Positions 20,196 through 29,500 are shown, counted from the stretch's first letter. The stretch is 64,000 nt of DNA from Candidatus Hermodarchaeota archaeon (GCA_016839365.1 JAEOUH010000029.1:1-64000), one strand, 5' to 3'. The notes: generated by a model from the sequence alone, not told the origin. Numbers and translations: made by a program.

Positions 20196-21383
20196 TTAAC
20201 TTTTAGGAAAAGCCTTGAACCCCTTTACCACGAAAAACAAGCTAAAAGATATTAGAATAATACCTGTCACTAAAAACAATGTCGCAAATGGGGTATAAGC
20301 GCCAGCATGCGTCTCCCGAATTTCCACCGGATGATAACTAGTCTGCAACCAACACCGAAATGAGGAATCCGTGGTTTCACGAAGCACCTCAACAACTGTG
20401 TCCCCAGAAGCGTCTAATACAAAGTCCTGGAAATTCGGGTAGTTGGAGTCCACATTATTCCATGTATAATTCACCAATCCATCCGGTGTATAGGCACGGA
20501 TAGTCACCGATGAAAACGTTACATGAAATCCATATAGTCCTACTTCACAAGGTTGAAGGCCATGGAACGGAAACGCCACAACGGGTTCAGCCAGAGTAAC
20601 TGTCCCAGCGAATTCTCCGAAGTTGTTGTATTCCGGTGGTTCGAAATACAGAAAATGGTGGGGACAAACCACCGAAGGAAAACTCAAACAAAGTAGCAGC
20701 AAGCCTAGCGTACAAAACACCAACACTTGATTCCAATATCGGGACGAGGACTCCCGTTTCTGACCCCAGAAAAGCTCCAACCCTGCGACGAGTAGAACCA
20801 CACCAATAATGGCGGGAAGAAATGTGCCCCACCAAGGATATGAGGGCGGAGACAGAGGGAATGGATCCCTGATACCCCAAACAAGGACCCAACCTGAAAA
20901 GCTTGTATTGAACCCCTGATATCGAATAATAAGAACATGTGGGGGAGGATTGTGAACCCAGAATGTTTGCCCAACTGGCTCGGAACTATCATTATAAAAG
21001 GGCCACACTGTCGATTCAGCCCCATTGGATGATAACACAAGTAAAATGGGCGTCCCATTGGTGTAGAATTCCCGGACGAACACATTTGCATCATATAATG
21101 ACCAATCTCCCAATTCCATACGGTATTCTTGGTTACTGATGGAGACCACTCCACTAATAGGTCGGATTAATTCGTATGTATGCCCCCAGGCATATTGCGG
21201 GCTTCCATGTGAAACATGGTAAATGGGATACACCAAACCAAACGCAATCAAAAGACACCCAATGGAAGTGATAGCAACTGCCCGAAGAAACCGGATCCGT
21301 GCATCTTTAGTGCCCACTTCGAACCACCCCAGGATAACAATAATGTTCGCAATTATAATATGAACTGTTGTAGACAGGAACAC
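20196..21383 (-). CDS. Hypothetical membrane protein with two TM-flanked extracellular domains
   Basis: TM-loop-TM architecture appears twice. Confidence 0.65.
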   Translation of the reverse strand: MFLSTTVHIIIANIIVILGWFEVGTKDARIRFLRAVAITSIGCLLIAFGLVYPIYHVSHGSPQYAWGHTYELIRPISGVVSISNQEYRMELGDWSLYDANVFVREFYTNGTPILLVLSSNGAESTVWPFYNDSSEPVGQTFWVHNPPPHVLIIRYQGFNTSFSGWVLVWGIRDPFPLSPPSYPWWGTFLPAIIGVVLLVAGLELFWGQKRESSSRYWNQVLVFCTLGLLLLCLSFPSVVCPHHFLYFEPPEYNNFGEFAGTVTLAEPVVAFPFHGLQPCEVGLYGFHVTFSSVTIRAYTPDGLVNYTWNNVDSNYPNFQDFVLDASGDTVVEVLRETTDSSFRCWLQTSYHPVEIRETHAGAYTPFATLFLVTGIILISFSLFFVVKGFKAFPKS

Positions 21384-21465
21384 TATATCTTGTCAAATGT
21401 ATCTGAACAGGGATAAACAAAAGGCAACGGTTCTACACATTTGAGGCTTATGGTGAGGAATTAAC

Positions 21466-21969
21466 GTGAGTGCGAAACCACAAAAAAAGAAACAAAAATT
21501 CTCACTTGCACATTACAGAAAAGACAAACGAATTGTAGAGCTTGTGAAAGAAACCGACCAAAAAACATTGGCAGTCTGGGCAATTGATTGCGCTGAGCGT
21601 GTTTTACCATATTTTCAAGAAGAATACCCAGAAGACCATCGACCACAAAAAGCCATTGAAACGCTAAAAACCTGGATAAAGACCGGAGTGTTCAAGATGG
21701 CTGTTATTCGCAGGGCATCTCTTGATGCTCATGCCGCTGCCCGTGAAGTAGGGAAAGATAGTGCAGCCCGCTCTGCAGCCCGTGCCGCAGGTCAAGCAGT
21801 CGCAACCGCACATGTCCCAACCCATTCTATCGGATCAGCAATATATGCCTTACAAGCTGTCCACAGGGCCACAAACGCCGCTAATATACAAACAGCCACA
21901 GCTGAAGAACGAGAATGGCAATACCAACACTTACTCAAACTAAAAAAAGATAACGTCGAAATTCGGTAA
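21466..21969 (+). CDS. Imm5-like putative immunity protein
   Basis: LAVWAIDCAERVL, D.RP..AI, AHAAARE, AARAAGQAVATAH motifs. Confidence 0.75.
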   Translation: MSAKPQKKKQKFSLAHYRKDKRIVELVKETDQKTLAVWAIDCAERVLPYFQEEYPEDHRPQKAIETLKTWIKTGVFKMAVIRRASLDAHAAAREVGKDSAARSAARAAGQAVATAHVPTHSIGSAIYALQAVHRATNAANIQTATAEEREWQYQHLLKLKKDNVEIR

Positions 21970-21974
21970 CTTCG

Positions 21975-22955
21975 CTACATTTCAGTCAATCGCTTGATGA
22001 ACTCCCAATCCTCATCCACGAGATTTTGGAAATCCTGAATCAAATCATCGCGACGTGTCGGACGAAAGAGATGTCGGAAACGTCCTTGCGGTTCCAGCCA
22101 CTCCTCAATCGGCTTCTTCTTCGATGGATCCTTAACAAATTGCATACTCGGTGCAGACATCGTATAGGTCCGAGTTTCGCCATCATACTCCCACAACGGA
22201 TTGAAACAGGTTTCCACGGCGAGCTTTGCCATTTTCATACCGAGTTCTTCGGGATATCGCCAGTTCCGATGACATGGAGCTAGTACAACAATCACTGCAG
22301 GACCTTGTTTTTCCATGCCCTTCCGAACTTTCATCATGAAATCACGCCAATGGTACACCGAAGCGGTTGCACAGTATTCAGGATCATGAGCTGCATAGAC
22401 TAACGCAATTGGCTTCTTCCAAGTGGGTTTTCCAGGAACAGCTTTTCCAACTTCACTAGTAGTCGTCCATGCATATTTTGGAGTAGCTCCGGACCGCTGA
22501 ATGCCAGTATTCTGATATGCCTGATTGTCGTAGATAATGTAAAGGAAGTTGTGGCGTCGTTCGATGGCCCCGCTGGCGGCTTGAACGCCGATATCGAAGC
22601 CGCTGCCATCCCCACTGAAGACGAGGAGATCGGGGATGTCGTCTTCGAGGCCTTGGCGTTTACGGGCTTTGTAGGCGGCTTCGATTCCACTGGCGTTGGC
22701 AGGAGCGTTTTCGAAGAGGCTATGCATCCAAGGGACACGCCACGCAGTGTACGGGTAAATTGTGGAAGCGACTTCGAGGCAACCAGTGGCTTGGCTGACG
22801 ATGGTGTTTTTAGGTCTCGGGAGAGCGTGCATGGCCATGCGGGCCATAGAGCCAGCAGGACAGCCTGCGCAAAGGCGTTGACCGCTGGTAAAGAGTTCTT
22901 CTTGGTCGGCAATGTCCTTGAGCTTGGGTCGCCATTGTGGAGTTTCTTGGGTCAT
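21975..22955 (-). CDS. porB: Pyruvate/2-oxoacid:ferredoxin oxidoreductase beta subunit
   Basis: LCAGC, ATGCLEV, GDG...DN..Y.NTG.QRS TPP-binding motif. Confidence 0.93.
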   Translation of the reverse strand: MTQETPQWRPKLKDIADQEELFTSGQRLCAGCPAGSMARMAMHALPRPKNTIVSQATGCLEVASTIYPYTAWRVPWMHSLFENAPANASGIEAAYKARKRQGLEDDIPDLLVFSGDGSGFDIGVQAASGAIERRHNFLYIIYDNQAYQNTGIQRSGATPKYAWTTTSEVGKAVPGKPTWKKPIALVYAAHDPEYCATASVYHWRDFMMKVRKGMEKQGPAVIVVLAPCHRNWRYPEELGMKMAKLAVETCFNPLWEYDGETRTYTMSAPSMQFVKDPSKKKPIEEWLEPQGRFRHLFRPTRRDDLIQDFQNLVDEDWEFIKRLTEM

Positions 22956-22970
22956 CTTGTTTTCCTCCTG

Positions 22971-24206
22971 TTATTTCCTTACGGTTATGTATTTGATGGG
23001 ATTTCGCGGGGATTTACCCGTGTCCTTGATTTTGAGGAGCTCCTTGTAGATGGTGCGGAAGTGGTCTGGAGTGACGTCGCGCCCGCCGAGGCCACCATAA
23101 TAGCCTAGGATTGTTGGGCGGGTGTCGAGGTCATAGAGAGCGCTGCGTACTTCATTGAAGAGGGGGCCACCGAGGCTGCCTGTGGTGTGAGTGCGCTCAA
23201 ATATCCCGACAACAGGGACGTCTGCAAGGAGTTTAGCGATTTTCTTATCAGGGAAAGGGCGGAATGTCCGCAGCTTCAGGAGTCCTACTTTTTTGCCTTG
23301 AGCACGAAGTTGGCGGGTGACGAAGCGCGCTGTCCCTGCTGAGCTTCCAGTGGTGAGGATGACAGCATCGGCATCGGTGACTTTGAAGGGTTGGAGGTAA
23401 CCGTCACCATATTTACGTCCGGTAAGTTGAGCCCATTCGTTATTAATTTGGGTGACGACCGGACGGGCTTTTTCCATGGCTTCACTGTGTTGAAGCTTGG
23501 ATTCCATGTAGTAGTCGAACAGTTGGAGGGGCCCGATGGTGATCGGGGTTTTGGGATCGAGTTTGAGGGGGACCTGTTTCCCATCGATGGTGATCATCAT
23601 GGGTTGGCGGCGTCCAACGAATTTGTGAGCGTCTGCGTCCTTCAGAAGATAGACGTTTTCCAGGGTGTGGGTTAGAACGAAGCCGTCGAGCATAGTCATG
23701 ACGGGGAGTTGGACGTCTGGGTGCTCCCCGATTCGGAAAGCCTGTAGGGTTGAGTCGTAGGCCTCCTGGGAGTTTTCGCAGTATATCATAATCCAGCCTG
23801 TGTCGCGTTGGGCGAGGGAGACGGTTTGGTCGCCGTGGATATTGATTGGGCCACTCGGGGACCGGTCGGCGACAGCCATAACGACAGGTTGACGAATGGA
23901 GGAGGTGAGGAAGATGACTTCGTGCATGAGCTCGATGCCATTAGCGGCGCTTGCGGTGAAGGTGCGGGCACCAGCCGCGGAGGCGCCTAGACAGGCGCTG
24001 AGGGCGCTGTGTTCGGATTCAACACGAACGAATTCAGTTTCGACTTCACCATTGGCTACAAACTCGGCAAATTTCTCAACGATGATGGTTTGGGGGGTAA
24101 TCGGGTAGGCGGCACAAACATCGACGAGCGCGTGTTTAGCGGCGTAGGCAACGGCTTCGTCACCATTGATCCCCATAAGAATCTGTTTGGCAGGCATCGG
24201 TTTCAT
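22971..24206 (-). CDS. porA: Pyruvate/2-oxoacid:ferredoxin oxidoreductase alpha subunit
   Basis: AYPITPQT, VESEHSA, GLGGRD motifs. Confidence 0.93.
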   Translation of the reverse strand: MKPMPAKQILMGINGDEAVAYAAKHALVDVCAAYPITPQTIIVEKFAEFVANGEVETEFVRVESEHSALSACLGASAAGARTFTASAANGIELMHEVIFLTSSIRQPVVMAVADRSPSGPINIHGDQTVSLAQRDTGWIMIYCENSQEAYDSTLQAFRIGEHPDVQLPVMTMLDGFVLTHTLENVYLLKDADAHKFVGRRQPMMITIDGKQVPLKLDPKTPITIGPLQLFDYYMESKLQHSEAMEKARPVVTQINNEWAQLTGRKYGDGYLQPFKVTDADAVILTTGSSAGTARFVTRQLRAQGKKVGLLKLRTFRPFPDKKIAKLLADVPVVGIFERTHTTGSLGGPLFNEVRSALYDLDTRPTILGYYGGLGGRDVTPDHFRTIYKELLKIKDTGKSPRNPIKYITVRK

Positions 24207-24475
24207 TCATCCTCCATATCGATGCATTTGACTGGGCACTCTTCGGCGCAGATGCCACAGCCTTTGCAGTAGTTCATATCAAATTGAATGTTTTTTCCGT
24301 CCCAACTGATGGCGGCATCTGGGCAGAAGATCCAACATATGAGGCAGCGTGTGCATTTTTCGTCATCACGAACTGGACGTTTACTGCGCCAATCCCCGGT
24401 TTTGTATTCGGTGGCCGATTTCCACGTGACCCCAGCTGGGGGGATGTCTTTAGATCCAGGTAGTTTCTGAGTCAT
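24203..24475 (-). CDS. porD: POR delta subunit, 2x[4Fe-4S]
   Basis: TGDWR..RP; CxxCxxCxxxCP twice. Confidence 0.93.
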   Translation of the reverse strand: MTQKLPGSKDIPPAGVTWKSATEYKTGDWRSKRPVRDDEKCTRCLICWIFCPDAAISWDGKNIQFDMNYCKGCGICAEECPVKCIDMEDE

Positions 24476-25050
24476 GTTTTTTCCACCTCATCATGCGCCC
24501 GTTTAATGACAATCACATTTCGTTCTCCGATACGTTCTCCAAACTGGTTGGTAACCTCGGTGAAGAGGCTTTCAAGTTTTACCAGGTTCGTAGCTCGAAC
24601 TAATGCCCCGAGCATGGCGGTGTTGGCGATTGGGCGACCAATGACTTCGCGGGCAAGGTCTGTGGCTGCAATTGTCCAGACTTCACCTTGAAATCCCAGT
24701 GCGTTAGCTACTGCTTTGCCGTCTTCGCGTGTATTCACAATGAGTTTAGTTTTCTTGTTCGTACCAGCAACGATAGTGTCTGGAACTTGGGCGAGAAGTG
24801 TTGGATCAATGACCACAACATAATCGGGTTCGTAAACCTTGCTATGGAGTTCGATTTCTTCGTTGCTTATTCGGGCAAAGGCTTCAACCGGTGCTCCGCT
24901 CCTTTCGGGACCGAAAAATGGGAAAGATTGAGCGTGTTTACCTTCTGTGATGGCCGCGCGCGCAAGGAGGATAGAGGCAGTCCATGCCCCTTGACCTCCA
25001 CGACCATGAAACCGAAGGTCAATGATTTGTTCCGTCATAAGAATCGTCAC
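24472..25050 (-). CDS. porG: POR gamma subunit
   Basis: HGRGGQGA, FGPERSGAPV, NTAMLGA motifs. Confidence 0.93.
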   Translation of the reverse strand: MTILMTEQIIDLRFHGRGGQGAWTASILLARAAITEGKHAQSFPFFGPERSGAPVEAFARISNEEIELHSKVYEPDYVVVIDPTLLAQVPDTIVAGTNKKTKLIVNTREDGKAVANALGFQGEVWTIAATDLAREVIGRPIANTAMLGALVRATNLVKLESLFTEVTNQFGERIGERNVIVIKRAHDEVEKT

Positions 25051-25304
25051 CCAGAGTGAACGTAGGAGTGAAATTTGCTTCGATGGAGAGCCTCAAGTCT
25101 TTTATGCTTTGCTAATCTCGAAGAAAATACGACACTCATGCAAGGAAGAGCGGCTTGTTCGTTGTTCTGAAACACCAGAATACCGAGTTTAAATACCGAA
25201 AGGTTTAGAAGCTTCTAGGCGTTTGTGAAGGCTGTTTACTCGGAGTTATCTTCGAAAGACGGGTGAAGTGCCGCGTTTTACTGGGTAGCGTTGGGTGACA
25301 GATC

Positions 25305-26198
25305 GTGTACATGAAATACCAAGACCGTTTTGATAAATTAGAAGACCTTAGCAACCCAACCATGGGACGCTTTATGCTTACTCAGGTTCTTACCAGGATG
25401 GCAAGTACCTGTAAGGAGTGTCAGCGTGACCGGATGCGCTGCACTATCAAGCCACTATGCCCCGATCGTGTCTTTCTTAATATGCTCATTGCACTAGGAG
25501 CAAAAACGAGCGATTTACCTTCCTTTTGTTACCAGGTGAGTATTCGAGCACTGGAAGCCTATTTGAAGTCTGGCGCAAAACGCGATCACCCCCATGAACC
25601 CAGATATCCACTCTCCTACTTTCGACGCTATGTGCAGTTAAAAAAAGACGACGATGAATTTAATTTCGAGGCGTTTAAAAAATGGTTGGAAACCACAACT
25701 AAAAAGACGGTTTTTGGGTACGCTATTGAAAACAAATGGTACTTTGGTGTGGGGAATGGCATCTTCATAGTGGATTTGAAGCGAAGTTTGGTTAGTTTAG
25801 ATCCAGATGGTGATATTGTTCGGCATGAGGCCCTTGAACCCATCCTCACATTTCTCATGAAATTATATGATCTATCTGCTGAAATTCTCAAAGATATGCA
25901 AGATACTTGGTATCTTCGGATTGATTTCCCTGAATTTTCAGAAGAAGCGTACTCAGAATACGTTGTGCCGCAATTGAAAGCCTTGAGAGAGCACTGGTCT
26001 TTTGTTCGTGTAAATAACTTCGATTCAAATACTCAGTTTCTTATTGGGCTTGATCCACCACCCGAGATAGCGATGCGGTTGGATGGACTCCGGAAAACAG
26101 CAATGATACTGGCTGAGATTGCTGAGGTTGCACCAAAGAAATCGAGCCGTAAGCGTGGGGCTACGTCAGTTGAAGCACCAGCTCAACCTACAGGCTAA
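25305..26198 (+). CDS. Hypothetical protein with N-terminal Cys cluster
   Basis: CKEC-x6-C-x5-C...FCY; long ORF with GGTGA RBS. Confidence 0.7.
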   Translation: MYMKYQDRFDKLEDLSNPTMGRFMLTQVLTRMASTCKECQRDRMRCTIKPLCPDRVFLNMLIALGAKTSDLPSFCYQVSIRALEAYLKSGAKRDHPHEPRYPLSYFRRYVQLKKDDDEFNFEAFKKWLETTTKKTVFGYAIENKWYFGVGNGIFIVDLKRSLVSLDPDGDIVRHEALEPILTFLMKLYDLSAEILKDMQDTWYLRIDFPEFSEEAYSEYVVPQLKALREHWSFVRVNNFDSNTQFLIGLDPPPEIAMRLDGLRKTAMILAEIAEVAPKKSSRKRGATSVEAPAQPTG

Positions 26199-26869
26199 TA
26201 GCGAAATTCTGATTCTGGTTTTTCTGGCTTTTCTTCATCGTCAACTTCGTAACGACGGGCTAGTCGTACTCCAAATCGGTCGATGCCCCGTTTGGCGGAT
26301 TTCTGAATGGATTTGGCTAAATCGTAAATAAACATCAGGACAAAGAACAAAACAATGGAAACTGCAAGGATTTGGAAGTAAGGCTGAAGGACATCGATGG
26401 GAAACATCCCTGGGATAAAGATTGGTGAAACAATTACATAGACAGCTAAAATCATGAAAATATAGATGATATCGAGTGGGATTCGCCGGGGATGATATCG
26501 ATCGGTAGAACGCATACCTGGTAGGCGACTGATGATGTAATCTGAAAAAGCATCGGCTGAGCGTGCAAATTGCATGAGGGCTTCGATTCCAAATAGCAAA
26601 ATAACCAGCAGCACACCTATCCGGATGAGCGAATATCCGGTCAAGATAACCGTGCCGATGGGTGACCAAATTGTGGGTAGCACTAGAATAGGGTAAAGGT
26701 CTAAGAAGACAAATAACGGAACAGCAAAGATGTAGAACAGTCCGACTGCAATCACAATTAATCCGTTGATCAGGAATTTTGGAAATGAGGTGGCCAGTTG
26801 TTTGGCTACTCTTCGTTTTTCGTCTTTTTCGCTATCTTCTTCTTTTTCTTTAGTTTCTTCCTCTGACAT
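26195..26869 (-). CDS. Hypothetical 4-TM membrane protein
   Basis: Charged termini, four hydrophobic segments, GAGGT RBS. Confidence 0.75.
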   Translation of the reverse strand: MSEEETKEKEEDSEKDEKRRVAKQLATSFPKFLINGLIVIAVGLFYIFAVPLFVFLDLYPILVLPTIWSPIGTVILTGYSLIRIGVLLVILLFGIEALMQFARSADAFSDYIISRLPGMRSTDRYHPRRIPLDIIYIFMILAVYVIVSPIFIPGMFPIDVLQPYFQILAVSIVLFFVLMFIYDLAKSIQKSAKRGIDRFGVRLARRYEVDDEEKPEKPESEFRY

Positions 26870-26966
26870 GAACGGTTACCTCGGTTTGTTGATGATTTTC
26901 CTCTATGGAGTAGACAATTGTCCTTAGAGGCTAATAAGCCTGCTCCTTAAAAAAGGGAGATGGAAA

Positions 26967-27683
26967 TTATTTCTTTTCCTCGACTTTTCCAGTCTTAAGG
27001 TCGATTTGAAGGCGACGTGACCCCTTTTGGCTAGGAATGTTTACAAAGAGCGTATCATCGGTTTGCTCAACTTCAACCCACCGCACCCATTTTCCGGTTT
27101 TGCCATCAAACTTGTGGGTTTCGGCATTCTTGACTTTTTCGAGGAACTCCTTCAGTTCGGTAAGTGTCTTGAACGTGTACTCGCCTTTTTCGCTTACAGC
27201 TTTGTAGGGACGAAGGGCAACCGTGTCTGCTACCGCTTCACCACCACGCGCAGGATAGGCTAAATCGTGAAGGGTCACAATCCGATTCCGCTCGGAAAAT
27301 TCTAAAACGCAGGTTAACCGAATCCGTCCTGTCTCTCCAAAACCTGCTTTACCAGCCAAATTTCGACAGGTGGAAAGGATCTCTGAGGATTCAACAACTC
27401 CGTAGTGTATCCAAAGATTGGCAATGTCATTAATCTCAGTAGCCTTTTCACCCCAGACGATTACCGCGCGACCCCTAGGTTGGGCTAGGCCTTCGTCTAA
27501 AATGGCATTTACAGTGTTCTTGAAATCCGCTTCATTTGCACTTTCCGTTACTCTAACATGAATGGTAGCTGACGCGATTTCTCCACCGGCACTTTTTACT
27601 CCTCGAATCATGTCCCATGCCTTTTCTTGGTCAATGACTTGTTTCAAGATGGTTGTCCCCCTTCTGGCTACAGCCAAAGACAT
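26967..27683 (-). CDS. Hypothetical soluble protein
   Basis: 238-aa ORF with plausible composition; no recognised motif. Confidence 0.7.
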   Translation of the reverse strand: MSLAVARRGTTILKQVIDQEKAWDMIRGVKSAGGEIASATIHVRVTESANEADFKNTVNAILDEGLAQPRGRAVIVWGEKATEINDIANLWIHYGVVESSEILSTCRNLAGKAGFGETGRIRLTCVLEFSERNRIVTLHDLAYPARGGEAVADTVALRPYKAVSEKGEYTFKTLTELKEFLEKVKNAETHKFDGKTGKWVRWVEVEQTDDTLFVNIPSQKGSRRLQIDLKTGKVEEKK

Positions 27684-27799
27684 GCAGTTAAACTTTCCGT
27701 ATCTAAAACAAAAGAAATAAGGGAGAGCAGGAGGGATTGAGGAAAGTACAACTATTCAACCTTTGAATCTATTATCAGCTCAAACGAGTTGGATCATCA

Positions 27800-28348
27800 A
27801 TGTCATCCCGAACTGGGCGAATTCGAAGTCTTATCCGTTTAGTGACAAGACTTCGTCGTTCGGGAAGGGTTGCATTGCTTATCGATGGACCCAATGTTCT
27901 TCGTCGCGAATTTGATATACGATTAGATGACTTAAAGAGCCAGATAGAGGAATTTGGAAAAATCGGTGTCGCAAAGGTCTATTTGAACGAACGCGCTAGC
28001 ACGAAACTGTTAGAGGCTATATCGAATAGTGGGTTTACACCTGTTGTTACTACTACGGATGTGCATCTCCACATGGCAATGGAATCAATGGATTTAGTCC
28101 TAGGTGATGCTACTAAATTACTCGTGATCTTTAGTCGTCATGCAAGGACCGCTCCAATCCTCCGCCGAGCACGTGAACATGGCTTGGAAACGATAGCGAT
28201 TGGGTTTGAACCAGGTTTTAGCGTAGCGGTGCAAAACGCTGCAGACCATGTTCTCCGTATTGACCGCCCATTACGCAGCCAAATCCAACGTGTGAAAGGC
28301 AAAGAGAAGAAAGAGAAGAAAGATGAGGATTGGCAATTTGAGGAGTGA
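27800..28348 (+). CDS. NYN/PIN domain protein (TIGR00288-like), catalytic residues apparently degenerate
   Basis: VALLIDGPN...KVYLN...GFS.A.QNAAD; DVH and SRHART in place of DVD and RDADF. Confidence 0.8.
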   Translation: MSSRTGRIRSLIRLVTRLRRSGRVALLIDGPNVLRREFDIRLDDLKSQIEEFGKIGVAKVYLNERASTKLLEAISNSGFTPVVTTTDVHLHMAMESMDLVLGDATKLLVIFSRHARTAPILRRAREHGLETIAIGFEPGFSVAVQNAADHVLRIDRPLRSQIQRVKGKEKKEKKDEDWQFEE

Positions 28349-28404
28349 ACCGCTCTAACCTACTCCTGAGATTTTTTAGAAAGGATTTGCAGTGGTTTCG
28401 CAAG

Positions 28405-29115
28405 TTAGTCTAGATGGTTGCGAATTTCCTCATTGGTAAGTTGGGTGAAGACGCGTTTCTCTGTGTCGACGATGGAGATTTCCATAGCTTCCTCGTCGAG
28501 TTTCTCTTCGACAACCTGCCGAAGGGTGTCAATGCATAATTTCACTGCTCCAGGCATCAGCTTAATTGCTGGTTTATAGTGCTTTGCTAAATATTCTCGC
28601 GCTGCTTCTGAATTGTATCCGATCGCTGTGGCACGCCAACTCCAGTAAGAGCCAGAGGGGTCGGTGGTGAAAATTTGTGGACCCTGTGAATCCACTCCAG
28701 CAATCAAGAGAGAGACACCAAAGGGACGAATGCCACCAACTTGAGTGTAATTTTGTTTCAGGTCGCAGACCTTTTTGGTTAGTACCTCAACATCGATGGG
28801 TTCCCCATAGGTGATTTGGTTGATCTGGCTTTGGACACGAGCATAGTCAACGAGGACACGAGCATCAGCGTGGAGTCCAGCGATTGCACAGCCAATGTGC
28901 TTGTCAACCACGTAGATTTTTTGGATTTGTTCTAAATCCATTAGGGGAGAAGTGGCCTCTTTATGGACGCCAATCACGGCACCATTTGTTGCTTTAACTC
29001 CAATCGCGGTTTTGCCACGACGGACCGCTTCTAACGCATATTCGACCTGATATAAGCGACCTTCGGGGCTGAAAATCGTGATCGCCCGGTCATAGGCGAG
29101 ACTTCTTTCCATCAT
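28405..29115 (-). CDS. psmA: 20S proteasome alpha subunit
   Basis: YDRAITIFSPEGRLYQVEYA, RPFGVSLL, TDPSG motifs. Confidence 0.97.
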   Translation of the reverse strand: MMERSLAYDRAITIFSPEGRLYQVEYALEAVRRGKTAIGVKATNGAVIGVHKEATSPLMDLEQIQKIYVVDKHIGCAIAGLHADARVLVDYARVQSQINQITYGEPIDVEVLTKKVCDLKQNYTQVGGIRPFGVSLLIAGVDSQGPQIFTTDPSGSYWSWRATAIGYNSEAAREYLAKHYKPAIKLMPGAVKLCIDTLRQVVEEKLDEEAMEISIVDTEKRVFTQLTNEEIRNHLD

Positions 29116-29156
29116 TACAGTTCAACCTCTGGTAGAAGCACGTTCACAGCCTGGAG

Positions 29157-29164
29157 TTATAAAA
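29157..29164 (-). promoter_or_regulatory. TATA box candidate for psmA
   Basis: TTTTATAA on the minus strand about 40 nt upstream of the psmA start. Confidence 0.5.
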
Positions 29165-29229
29165 GTTTGTCTCTGTCATCAATACAGAAGCTCCAGAGCT
29201 GCCGCTTCCAAGATGACGAACTTTTCTGA

Positions 29230-29500
29230 ATAAAATCCACAGGAGTGAAGCCCCTATAGGTAAAAATAACTTCACCCCAAGTGTAACAAGTATCCCTATT
29301 GCTACCTTCGAAGGAAGGGCGCCAAGAGGATTTTAAATAGCCGTAGACCCAAAAGGAGGATACCTTTTCCAGTTTTTCCCCGCATGGAAATACCTCCAAT
29401 AAGATGTAGCAGATTAACGGCGCCTTTTAATCCTTTGCGATTCACTGTAAAGGTCCCAAAGACCTTGGGGAGCTCGCAACGGGAAGTATTTCCAGGAATT
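29230..29500 (-). ncRNA. Highly structured RNA (structured small-peptide mRNA or ncRNA)
   Basis: At least 6 stems; four A.C mismatches on + become G.U pairs on -; possible long-range pairings. Confidence 0.5.
29302..29385 (-). CDS. 27-aa cationic hydrophobic peptide MRGKTGKGILLLGLRLFKILLAPFLRR (type I toxin-like)
   Basis: GGAGGT RBS 6 nt before the ATG at 29385; TAG at 29302-29304; RBS sequestered in a stem. Confidence 0.5.
   Translation of the reverse strand: MRGKTGKGILLLGLRLFKILLAPFLRR

Noticed and set aside
29157-29399. 80-aa minus-strand ORF, and the 73-aa extension 29302..29523
   Set aside because: No RBS or recognisable protein features; only the internal ATG at 29385 has a well-spaced SD
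29160-29500. RNase P RNA, SRP RNA or a known riboswitch
   Set aside because: I could not find GAGGAAAGUCC/CR-V, the SRP helix-8 motif, or lysine/glycine aptamer consensus on either strand
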